Assembly: GCA_016210855.1 (NCBI GenBank) | Contig: JACQTJ010000021.1 | Coordinates: 1 to 55,714 of the forward strand | Source of the DNA: Acidobacteriota bacterium | Lineage (GTDB): Bacteria > Acidobacteriota > Terriglobia > Acidiferrales > 2-02-FULL-67-57 | Direction: 5' to 3' | DNA length: 55,714 bases | In this document: positions 47,162 to 55,714 of the stretch, one piece after another | How the letters are laid out: each line of letters opens with the position of its first letter | How positions within the stretch are numbered: position 1 is the first letter of the stretch | Program-made: the position numbers and the translations under genes | Notes under the pieces: model-generated | What the model saw: only the letters and a program-made list of their open reading frames with translations | What the model was told of the DNA's origin: nothing | The model's database searches: none

Positions 47162-48460
47162 ATGAGGCTGCCTGGGATCCCTCGGCTTTCGCAACCCTTG
47201 ATGCTGGCCCTGCTGGCCGGGTTGCTGGAAGCCGCCTTCCTGGCCGTGCGCGGGCTCCACCCTCTGGATGAAAACGTCCCCGAAGTGATTGCCGTCACCT
47301 TGGCAGTCGGCCTGGTCTATTTGACAGCTGCCCATTTGGTCCTCTCCTGGAATCAATGCACGCGGTCGGCTCTCTTTGTCGTCCTGCTGGCCAGCCTGGC
47401 CTTCCGCCTTACGCTGTTTTCCCTCCCCCCAACCCTCTCCTATGACCTCTATCGCTACCAGTGGGAGGGCAAGGTCCAGCTGGCCGGTCGGAACCCCTAT
47501 CTTTCCGCTCCCGCCGACCCCGAGCTGGCACACCTTCGTCCCACTGAATTCAACCGGCTCCCGGGAGCGGAGTACACGGCCGCCTACGGGCCCCTGACTG
47601 AGCTGCTCTTCCGGCTCGCCGCCCGGCTCGACGGGCAGGCGGGCCTGAAGCTCCTAAGCGTCGCCTTCGACCTGGCAACGCTCGTGGTGCTGCTGGGCCT
47701 GCTGCGCACGCGGCGGGAGCCCCCGGTACGAGCCCTCCTCTATGCCTGGTGCCCGCTGGTGGTTGTAGAGTTTGCCGGCAGCGGGCACAACGATTCCGTT
47801 GCCCTCTTCGGTTTTCTGCTCGCCAACTTTTTGATTATACGGCAGCGGCCCGTGGTGTCAAACGCCGCCCTGGCCGCCGCCGCCCTTTCGAAGTGGTTTG
47901 CGGCCGTAGCCGCGCCGGTGTTTCTCTGGCGCAGCGGCTGGCGCGGGCTTCTCGCATTTCTTGCTGTGGGGCTGGCGGCGGCGCTGCCTTACCGGGACGC
48001 CGGTTGGAACCTGTTCGGCGGTCTCCTCTCCTATGCTGGCGAGTGGCGCAACAACGAAAGCCTTTACGCACTCTTGCTGGCCGCCACCGGGCAGGAGACC
48101 GTGGCCACGGGCGTGGCCCTCGGCGTGGGGGCCGGCCTGGCGGTCCACGCTGCTGCCCGCGGCACCGACCCGCTGCGGGCAAGCTACCTCTTGGTGGCCG
48201 CTGTGCTCCTGCTCTCTCCGAGCGTCTTTCCCTGGTACGTTACCTGGCTGGTGCCGTTTCTCTGTTTTTTCCCCAACCCCGGCTTCCTGGTTTTCACCAC
48301 CACCGTCCTGCTCAGCTACCACGTGCTGATTGACTACACTTCCCTGGGCGTCTGGCGCTACACCCCGTGGCTCGTCTGGCTGGAGTATGTCCCCGTCTAC
48401 ACGCTCTTACTGTGGAGGTGGGGGCGGACCGGCCGGTTTGCGGCGCAACTCAAGAACTGA
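47162..48460 (+). CDS. GT-C membrane glycosyltransferase (GT87-like)
   Basis: SYDLYRYQWEG, NPY, GHND, PWY; many TMs. Confidence 0.8.
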   Translation: MRLPGIPRLSQPLMLALLAGLLEAAFLAVRGLHPLDENVPEVIAVTLAVGLVYLTAAHLVLSWNQCTRSALFVVLLASLAFRLTLFSLPPTLSYDLYRYQWEGKVQLAGRNPYLSAPADPELAHLRPTEFNRLPGAEYTAAYGPLTELLFRLAARLDGQAGLKLLSVAFDLATLVVLLGLLRTRREPPVRALLYAWCPLVVVEFAGSGHNDSVALFGFLLANFLIIRQRPVVSNAALAAAALSKWFAAVAAPVFLWRSGWRGLLAFLAVGLAAALPYRDAGWNLFGGLLSYAGEWRNNESLYALLLAATGQETVATGVALGVGAGLAVHAAARGTDPLRASYLLVAAVLLLSPSVFPWYVTWLVPFLCFFPNPGFLVFTTTVLLSYHVLIDYTSLGVWRYTPWLVWLEYVPVYTLLLWRWGRTGRFAAQLKN

Positions 48461-48471
48461 ATTGGTTTGCT

Positions 48472-48558
48472 TGTCATTCTGAGCGCAGCGAAGAATCTCA
48501 GCCGAAGGCGCGGGCAACGGTGAGATTCTTCGTCCCCGTACGGGTCCTCAGAATGACA
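48472..48558. repeat. TGTCA-tagged palindromic repeat doublet
   Basis: TGTCATTCTGAGCGCAGCGAAGAATCTC / GAGATTCTTCG...CCTCAGAATGACA. Confidence 0.9.
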
Positions 48559-48569
48559 GAGGGGAAAAG

Positions 48570-49736
48570 CTAGACGTTGACGGCGAGGGTGGTGTCAACG
48601 CGGGGCTGGCCGTCGGCGGTGCGGGTTACCGGGCGGTAGAGCGTATCGCGCTCCACCGGGTCGCGTCCGGCCTCGTGGATCAGCCGCAGCAGTTCGGAAC
48701 GGCGCAGGGCCTGGGCGGTTTTGGCCCCGGCGTCGTGGTAAATCTTTTCTTCGATCACCGTGCCGTCAATGTCGTCGGCGCCGAAGCGCAGCCCCACCTG
48801 GGCGATGGGCGGGGTGAGCATGATCCAGTAGGCCTTGATGTGGGGGAAGTTGTCGAGCAGCAGGCGGCTGATGGCGATGTTCTTGAGGTCGAGGAAGCCG
48901 GTGGTCTTGGGCAGGTGGCTCAGGGCGGTGTTGTCGGGGTGGAAGGCGAGCGGGATGAAGCAGACAAAGCCGCGGGTCTCGTCCTGGAGGGCCCGCAACT
49001 GGAGCAGGTGGTCCACCCGTTCCTCCGCGGTCTCAATGTGGCCGTAGAGCATGGTGGCGTTCGAGTGCAGGCCGAGCTCATGCGCGTTGCGCGCCACCTG
49101 GAGCCACATCTGCCCGGAGGTCTTGTGGTCGCAGATGACCTTTCGCACTCGGGGGTGGAAAATCTCCGCCCCGCCGCCCGGCAGCGACCCGAGGCCCGCC
49201 TCCTTGAGCTTCAGGAGCACGTCGCGCACCGGCAGCTTCGAGATCCGCGACAGGTAGTGGATTTCCACCATGGTGAAGGCTTTCAGGTGGACGTGCGGGA
49301 AGCGCTCCTTCAGGCCGCGGAGCAGGTCGAGGTAGTACTCGAAGGGCAGGTCGGGGTGCAGCCCGCCGACGATATGGAACTCGGTGACGGCTTCATCGTA
49401 GCCGGTGGCGGCCGTCCGCAAGACCTCTTCGAGCGCCATGGTGTAGGCGCCAGGGGCGTTGGCGTCACGCCCGAAAGCGCACAGGCGGCAGTGGGCCACG
49501 CAGGTGTTCGTGGGGTTGATGTGGCGGTTGATGTTGTAATAGCAGAGGTTGCCGTGCTTCTGCTCGCGGACATGGTTGGCGAGCCAGCCGAGGGCGAGCA
49601 AATCGTTCGAATGGTAGAGGGCCACGCCGTCTTCAAACGAGAGCCGCTCGCCTGCCTGTACCTTCTCGGCGACGGGTTCGAGCCGCTTGTCTTCGAGAGT
49701 CAGTTGCCGGCTTATCATTTCGGTTGCATGAATCAC
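48570..49736 (-). CDS. mqnE: Aminofutalosine synthase (radical SAM)
   Basis: CVAHCRLC, HIVGGLHP, PGGGAEI, HIKAYW; next to ubiA/ubiX. Confidence 0.88.
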   Translation of the reverse strand: MIHATEMISRQLTLEDKRLEPVAEKVQAGERLSFEDGVALYHSNDLLALGWLANHVREQKHGNLCYYNINRHINPTNTCVAHCRLCAFGRDANAPGAYTMALEEVLRTAATGYDEAVTEFHIVGGLHPDLPFEYYLDLLRGLKERFPHVHLKAFTMVEIHYLSRISKLPVRDVLLKLKEAGLGSLPGGGAEIFHPRVRKVICDHKTSGQMWLQVARNAHELGLHSNATMLYGHIETAEERVDHLLQLRALQDETRGFVCFIPLAFHPDNTALSHLPKTTGFLDLKNIAISRLLLDNFPHIKAYWIMLTPPIAQVGLRFGADDIDGTVIEEKIYHDAGAKTAQALRRSELLRLIHEAGRDPVERDTLYRPVTRTADGQPRVDTTLAVNV

Positions 49737-50011
49737 AGAGTCGAGAAAATTCGGTCAACGAACCGCCAGTATCTGGCAAGATTCTGACCGTGATTTCTCA
49801 GATGATTCAACAAAACTTTGCGAGCTGTTGGACTTGCTTTTGACACAATTGGATTTCCTCTGAGTCGGGCGACAATACCTCCTGGGGTGTCAAGCCATCT
49901 ACTTTCAAACTTCCTCAGGTCTGTTTCGCTTCGCACTTTGAGCCAGTCTTTGTCTGCGCGTGTCACGGACTTTTGTAACAGGCCCCAAAAGTCCCCGCGG
50001 CTGGGCATCAC
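49733..50011 (-). CDS. Small low-GC orphan ORF, 92 aa
   Basis: Fills the ubiA-mqnE gap; stop overlaps mqnE start; possibly a fragment. Confidence 0.45.
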   Translation of the reverse strand: MMPSRGDFWGLLQKSVTRADKDWLKVRSETDLRKFESRWLDTPGGIVARLRGNPIVSKASPTARKVLLNHLRNHGQNLARYWRFVDRIFSTL

Positions 50012-50041
50012 AATCTCCCAGAATTCGACTTGTGCCTAGTT

Positions 50042-50123
50042 TGTCATTCCGAGCGGAGCCCAGAGGGCGAAGTCGAGGAACCTGCTTTTGAAAAGCAGAT
50101 CCCTCGACAAGCTCGGGATGACA
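50042..50123. repeat. TGTCA-tagged palindromic repeat doublet
   Basis: TGTCATTCCGAGCG...GAGGAACCTGCTTT / AAAGCAGATCCCTCG...GCTCGGGATGACA. Confidence 0.88.
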
Positions 50124-50125
50124 CC

Positions 50126-51007
50126 CTAAAACAAAATATCCACGCCCCAGAACAAGAGCAGCAGCACGCTAATATACCCATTCACCGTGAAAAATGCAGC
50201 ATTCACCTGGCTCAAGTCGTGCGGCTTGACGAGCGAGTGCTCGTAGGCCAGCAGCCCTGCCACCACCGCCAGTCCCCCGTAGGCCACCGCCCCCAGCCCG
50301 GCCAGATGCGCCAGCCACACCAGCAGCCCGAGCATGGTGACGTGCAGCAGCCGGGACACCCACAGCGCTCCTGCTATCCCTATACGCCGGGGAAGGGAGA
50401 AAAGTCCCACCTGGCGGTCGAAGTCCACGTCCTGGCAGGCGTAGATGATATCGAAGCCGGCCACCCAGAAGAGCACGGCCAGGCTGAGGGGCAGAATCTC
50501 CCAGTCGAGCCGGCCGCGCACGGCAATCCAGGCCCCGGCGGGGGCCATCCCCAGGCACAGGCCCAGCACCCAGTGGGTGAGGAGGGTGAAGCGCTTGGTG
50601 AAGGAGTAGAGGAACAGGATGGCCAGCACCAGAGGGGAGAGCTTCAGCGCCAGGGGATTCAACTGCCCGGCGGCCAGCACCAGGACCGCCGCCGAGACCA
50701 GCGTGAAGGTCCAGGCAAACCCGAGCGAGAGCTTGCCGGTGGGCAGCTCGCGGTTGGCGGTGCGGGGGTTCCGGGCGTCGTAGCGGAGGTCGGCGATGCG
50801 GTTGAAGGCCATGGCGGCGCTGCGCCCGCCGACCATAGCCACGACAATCCAAAAAATCTGGTGCGCGGTCGGCCAGCCGCCTGCCCCGCCGCCGGCGGGG
50901 CGCGCCGCTAACAGCGCCCCCAGCAGGGCAAAGGGGAGCGCGAACACCGCGTGCTCGAACTTGATCATCCGCAGCGTGGTCAGCAGCGGACGGAACACGG
51001 CGCTCAT
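50126..51007 (-). CDS. ubiA: UbiA-like polyprenyltransferase (MqnP type)
   Basis: IKFEHAVFALPF, FNRIAD, NPRTANRELP, FDIIYACQD. Confidence 0.92.
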   Translation of the reverse strand: MSAVFRPLLTTLRMIKFEHAVFALPFALLGALLAARPAGGGAGGWPTAHQIFWIVVAMVGGRSAAMAFNRIADLRYDARNPRTANRELPTGKLSLGFAWTFTLVSAAVLVLAAGQLNPLALKLSPLVLAILFLYSFTKRFTLLTHWVLGLCLGMAPAGAWIAVRGRLDWEILPLSLAVLFWVAGFDIIYACQDVDFDRQVGLFSLPRRIGIAGALWVSRLLHVTMLGLLVWLAHLAGLGAVAYGGLAVVAGLLAYEHSLVKPHDLSQVNAAFFTVNGYISVLLLLFWGVDILF

Positions 51008-51615
51008 CCTCCGGCGCCTTTCCACTGGCGCTGCCTTTCTTGCGGCAGGCCGAGGCGGGCCAGCACCCGGCAGCAGAACTGCGTCACCAGCTCGTCCAGG
51101 TTCCTGGCGCCAAAGTAGTAACCCGGCGAAATCGGGAAGTTGACCCCGCCGGCGCGGGCCACCCGCAGGGCGTTCGCCAGGTGGATGGTGTTGAGCGGGG
51201 TGTCGCGCCAGCAGACGAGCAGCGGCCGGCCTTCCTTCAGGTGGACGTCCGCGGCCCGGCGCATCAGGTTGTCGCTCAGGCCGTTGGCGATGGCCCCGAG
51301 CGTCCCCATCGAGCAGGGGATGATGACCATGCCGTCGGTCGGGTAGCTGCCGCTGGCGAGCGAGGCGCCGATGTCGGCGTTGTGCAGGTGCTCGAACTTT
51401 TTCGCCGCTGCCCGGCCCACCAGCGCCGCTGGCAGCTGGGCCAGGTCTTTGGGAGCGATGTGGAGCTCTTCCTTGAGCAGGCGCATCCCGCCACTGGATA
51501 CGACCAGAGGCACGCCGGCGACGCGCTTGTCCGCCGCCAGGAGTTCCAACAGCCGGCGGGCATAGAGGGCGCCCGAGGCCCCGCTGATGCCCACGACGAT
51601 GGTCTTGCCGCCCAT
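51004..51615 (-). CDS. ubiX: Flavin prenyltransferase
   Basis: VGISGASGA, ASGS, PCSMGT, RAADV. Confidence 0.93.
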   Translation of the reverse strand: MGGKTIVVGISGASGALYARRLLELLAADKRVAGVPLVVSSGGMRLLKEELHIAPKDLAQLPAALVGRAAAKKFEHLHNADIGASLASGSYPTDGMVIIPCSMGTLGAIANGLSDNLMRRAADVHLKEGRPLLVCWRDTPLNTIHLANALRVARAGGVNFPISPGYYFGARNLDELVTQFCCRVLARLGLPQERQRQWKGAGG

Positions 51616-51712
51616 GGGGGAATGCGCTCGGCCTCCGGAGCCTTGCGCATAGGCGGGAGTCTAGGACGCGCCTGCGTCCCAGTCAAGAAAACCCCGGCCG
51701 CACCCTTTTGGC

Positions 51713-51785
51713 TGTCACCCCGAGCGAAGCGAGGGGTCTGCTGGTGAGGCTGGAAGCGATGCGAAAAGCAGATTCCTCGGAATGA
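51713..51785. repeat. TGTCA-tagged repeat doublet (right arm collapsed)
   Basis: TGTCACCCCGAGCGAAGCGAGGGGTCTGC / GCAGATTCCTCGGAATGA. Confidence 0.8.
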
Positions 51786-51843
51786 GGGTCGTGCGCGGTT
51801 GCGGTGGCCTCGTGTAGAATGCTCTTGCCCTCAAGGTACGCCA

Positions 51844-52590
<747 letters not shown>

Positions 52591-52604
52591 CCGTGTTTAT
52601 GGCC

Positions 52605-52691
52605 GGTTATTCCGAGCGAAGCGAGGAATCTGCTTGCCGCCGGCGCAGTCAGACAACACAAACAGACCTCTCGACTGCGCTCGGGGTGACA
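52605..52691. repeat. TGTCA-tagged palindromic repeat doublet
   Basis: GTTATTCCGAGCGAAGCGAGGAATCTG / CAGACCTCTCGACTGCGCTCGGGGTGACA. Confidence 0.82.
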
Positions 52692-52716
52692 TCTCCGAAC
52701 AAGGAGCTGGGACACG

Positions 52717-53031
52717 ATGCCTAGAGTCTTCCGCAAGCAGGTGTTCGTCTGCACCACCGAAGGCGAAGGGAAGTGCGCGACCAAGGGGTCGCTGGAGGTT
52801 TTCCAGAAGTTTCGCGACGAGGTGAAGGCGCGCAACCTGACCGACATCATCGTCACCCGCGTGGGCTGCACCGGGCAGCACGCCACCGGCCCCACAGTCA
52901 TCGTCCACCCAGACGGGCTTTGGTACCAGCGGGTCACTCCGACCGACGTCGCAGAAATCATCGAGCAGCACCTGGTGGGCGGCAGGCCGGTCGCGCGGCT
53001 CATCAACCCCGAAATGCAGGTGAAGGGATAG
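52717..53031 (+). CDS. Thioredoxin-like [2Fe-2S] ferredoxin
   Basis: VFVCT...KC...GCTGQH, GPTVIVHPDGLWY, HLVGG. Confidence 0.88.
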   Translation: MPRVFRKQVFVCTTEGEGKCATKGSLEVFQKFRDEVKARNLTDIIVTRVGCTGQHATGPTVIVHPDGLWYQRVTPTDVAEIIEQHLVGGRPVARLINPEMQVKG

Positions 53032-53066
53032 GCTGCTCCCAGTGGAGCTACGGCGTTAGACCAGGG

Positions 53067-54581
53067 CTAGGTGCCCGGCGGGCCGCTGACCGGCTGGCAG
53101 CGGATCAAGCGGCGGTTGGGTCCGGCTTCGAGAGTCCCCTTCTCGACGTGGACGTTGAAGGTCCGGGTCTGCACTTCCAGGGGAAAGCTCGAATCGGGCC
53201 CGGGCAGCTGCTCCGCCGGGAGGGACAGCAGGTAAGTCGTGCGGGCGGGGTCGTACAGGGTGGCTCCATTCACCACCCGCAAAGCGCACTCTTCGGCCAC
53301 GCCGAAATCAATCACCAGGAAGCGGGCCAGCACCCGCCCGTCCGGCAACTGCAGCAAGCTGACGGGATTGACCCCGTGGAGGTGGAAGCCCCGCGGTCGC
53401 ACTGCACTGATGTCCACTTCCAGTTCTCCGGTGCCCGGCGGAAAAAGCCCCTCCAGGAGCGCTTTCCGGGCCGCAGTGCGGGCAGCCATTTCCTTTCGCA
53501 CCAACTCTTGAATCCGGTCCCAGTTGATGCCCAGAGCCTGGAGCGACCGCTGGTAGTAAGCCTGGATGGAAACGTTGTCGGCGGGGAAGCTGACGGCCTC
53601 GGCGAGCAGCTCGTCGAGGAACTTCGGGGTGCGCTCGAACTCTTCTTTCCAGCGGGGACGCAGGCGGTCGAGGAGGACCGCTTGGGCCATCCCCAAGGGG
53701 TAGAGCCGTTGGCGGAGGGTGTCGCCGGCTGCTGCCAGGTCGGTGAGGGGGTTGAGCCGGCGGCGGAGCAGCTGCCGGTTGCGACGGAAGCCCGAAAAGT
53801 TCGGGTCGAGCCGCACGAGCGCCGGCAGCCCGTGGTAGCCCTTGAGCGGCCGGCTCAGGAAGCGGTACTCGATGTACTGGGAGAGGCCTTCGTTGACCTC
53901 CTCGCCGCGCTCGAAACGGATCTGCTCGGGGTTGAGCAGCCGGCGGCGCACCGCCCGCACGGCCAGGAAGCGCAGCAGGAAAGCCCGCGCCTTGCGCAGT
54001 TCTCTGACCTCCAGGGCTTGGTCCAGCAGGGCGGCTTCGAGGGAGAGCCAGGCGTTGTTGTCGAAGGAGAACTCCGGGTAGCGCCCGAACAGCACCACCA
54101 GGATGTCGCCGAATTTCTCCGGGGCCACCCGCTGCCGGTAGGCGTGGAAGAGCTCGTGCAGGCAAACGGCCAGGGCGTCCTCGGCGGGCGTGGCCATCAA
54201 GGTCTGGTAGGTGACCATGGAGGTGACGACGCCGTTCAAGGGCAGAGCGGTGTTTGCCATCAGCCCCGCGGTGTTCGTCGAGACGTAGACCGGGGTCGAG
54301 ACCAGCGGGGTCTGGACACGCACGAAGTGCGCCGGAGGATCCGGGTGCTGGATGAGGACGGCCAGGCGCCCCTGGTCGTGCACCGCAATCGGCGTGGAGA
54401 GCAGGTCCCAGCCCGGCCAGAAGTCTTTCCCGTAGAGACGTCCGATTTCGCGCAACTGTTCGAGCCGCGCCAGAAGCACTGACTCGCGCCCGATGAGTTC
54501 TGCGGGTGTCTCAGCCGCGGCCCCGAGCGGCGGCAGCAGGCTCAGAGCCGCCGCCAGCAGGAAAGGACGGAGCCGGGACAC
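53067..54581 (-). CDS. Secreted putative zinc metallopeptidase
   Basis: Signal peptide; HELFH and downstream NEG. Confidence 0.6.
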   Translation of the reverse strand: MSRLRPFLLAAALSLLPPLGAAAETPAELIGRESVLLARLEQLREIGRLYGKDFWPGWDLLSTPIAVHDQGRLAVLIQHPDPPAHFVRVQTPLVSTPVYVSTNTAGLMANTALPLNGVVTSMVTYQTLMATPAEDALAVCLHELFHAYRQRVAPEKFGDILVVLFGRYPEFSFDNNAWLSLEAALLDQALEVRELRKARAFLLRFLAVRAVRRRLLNPEQIRFERGEEVNEGLSQYIEYRFLSRPLKGYHGLPALVRLDPNFSGFRRNRQLLRRRLNPLTDLAAAGDTLRQRLYPLGMAQAVLLDRLRPRWKEEFERTPKFLDELLAEAVSFPADNVSIQAYYQRSLQALGINWDRIQELVRKEMAARTAARKALLEGLFPPGTGELEVDISAVRPRGFHLHGVNPVSLLQLPDGRVLARFLVIDFGVAEECALRVVNGATLYDPARTTYLLSLPAEQLPGPDSSFPLEVQTRTFNVHVEKGTLEAGPNRRLIRCQPVSGPPGT

Positions 54582-54587
54582 GGACGC

Positions 54588-55714
54588 TCAGGCAAACACC
54601 CGCCGGAAGATTTCGTCCACGTGGCGGAGGGCGTGGCCCAGATCGAAAGCGGCCTCGATTTCCTGCGGGGAGAGTTTGGCCGTAATGCGCGGCTCGGCGA
54701 GCACTGCCTGCTTGAAGTTTTGGTTCGACTCCCAGACCTGAGCGGCGGCCTCCTGCACCCAGGCGTAGGCTTCCTCGCGGGGGGCACCTTTCTTCACCAG
54801 CTCGAGCAGCAGCGCCTCGGAGAAGACCAGCCCCCGGGTCAGCTCCAGGTTCTGCCGCATGCGCTCGGGGTAGACGCGGAGCTGTTCGATGAGGGTGGCG
54901 GTTTTGTCGAGGAGGTAGTCCGCCAGGATGGTCGAATCCGGCAGGATGACGCGCTCGACGGAGCTGTGGGAGATGTCGCGCTCGTGCCAGAGGGGCACGT
55001 TTTCCAGCCCCGCCTGGGCGTTCGCCCGCACCAGGCGGGCCAGCCCGCAAATCTGCTCGGCGACGATGGGGTTGCGCTTGTGGGGCATGGCGGAGCTGCC
55101 GCGCTGCCCGGCCCCGAAGTGCTCCTCCGCTTCGCGCACCTCGGTGCGCTGCAGATGGCGAATCTCCAGGGCCATCTTCTCGAGCGAGGTGGCGATGACC
55201 GCCAGCGTCGCCAGGTAGTACGCGTAGCGATCGCGCTGGATGATCTGCGAGCTGATGGCCGCCGGCACGAGTCCCAGCTGTCCGCAGATGCGCTGTTCGA
55301 TTGGCGGGGCCAAGTGCGCGAAGGTGCCCACGGCGCCTGAGATCTTCCCCACCCGCAGCTCCTCGGCCGCCCGCCCGAAGCGCTCCCGGTTGCGCTGGTT
55401 CTCGCTGTACCAGGTGGCGAGCTTCAACCCGAAGGTGGTGGGCTCGGCGTGGACGCCATGAGTCCGGCCCACCATGGGCGTGTCCTTGAACTCGTAGGCG
55501 CGCTTCTTGAGGACGCCGGCCAGTCGCTCGAGCCCGTCGCGCAGCAGGGCGTTCGCCTCCACGAGCAGCAGGGCCTGGGCGGTGTCGAGCACGTCGGAGC
55601 TCGTGAGCCCGTAATGGAAGTAGCGCCCCGCCCCGGCGGCCTCCGGGCCCAGGTTTTCCACCACGGCCAGGGTGAAGGCGATCACGTCGTGGCGGACCTT
55701 CTGCTCGAGTTCCA
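54588..55714 (-). CDS. purB: Adenylosuccinate lyase (5' end outside window)
   Basis: HYGLTSSD, GRTHGVHAEP, GSSAMPHKRNP, WHERDISHSS. Confidence 0.97.
   Translation of the reverse strand, partial: ELEQKVRHDVIAFTLAVVENLGPEAAGAGRYFHYGLTSSDVLDTAQALLLVEANALLRDGLERLAGVLKKRAYEFKDTPMVGRTHGVHAEPTTFGLKLATWYSENQRNRERFGRAAEELRVGKISGAVGTFAHLAPPIEQRICGQLGLVPAAISSQIIQRDRYAYYLATLAVIATSLEKMALEIRHLQRTEVREAEEHFGAGQRGSSAMPHKRNPIVAEQICGLARLVRANAQAGLENVPLWHERDISHSSVERVILPDSTILADYLLDKTATLIEQLRVYPERMRQNLELTRGLVFSEALLLELVKKGAPREEAYAWVQEAAAQVWESNQNFKQAVLAEPRITAKLSPQEIEAAFDLGHALRHVDEIFRRVFA

Overview
GC-rich bacterial chromosome segment; gene content and protein features suggest Acidobacteriota (inference). It is mostly housekeeping: translation (rplS-trmD-rimM-khpA-rpsP-ffh, pheT-pheS-rplT-rpmI-infC-thrS, efp), purH, purB, futalosine-pathway menaquinone genes (mqnE, ubiA-like, ubiX), selA, rnhB, mltG-ruvX and a 6S RNA. 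No CRISPR array, rRNA, tRNA, integrase or transposase was recognised. Main observations: (1) a radical SAM gene whose apparent stop is an in-frame UGA (C-U-A-E-P tail with a SECIS-like hairpin), coupled to an ATP-grasp gene, with selA in the same window; (2) 13 copies of a TGTCA-tagged palindromic repeat, several at the upstream junction of guest genes inserted into conserved operons, while some host gene ends next to insertions have atypical codons and one is duplicated; (3) palindromic elements sitting in-frame in purH (three), zapB, ubiA, pheS and an MBL hydrolase; (4) low-GC inserts, namely a HEPN-like gene between pheS and pheT and a three-gene HicA/HicB-like module after purH; (5) a probable ACG start codon for infC.
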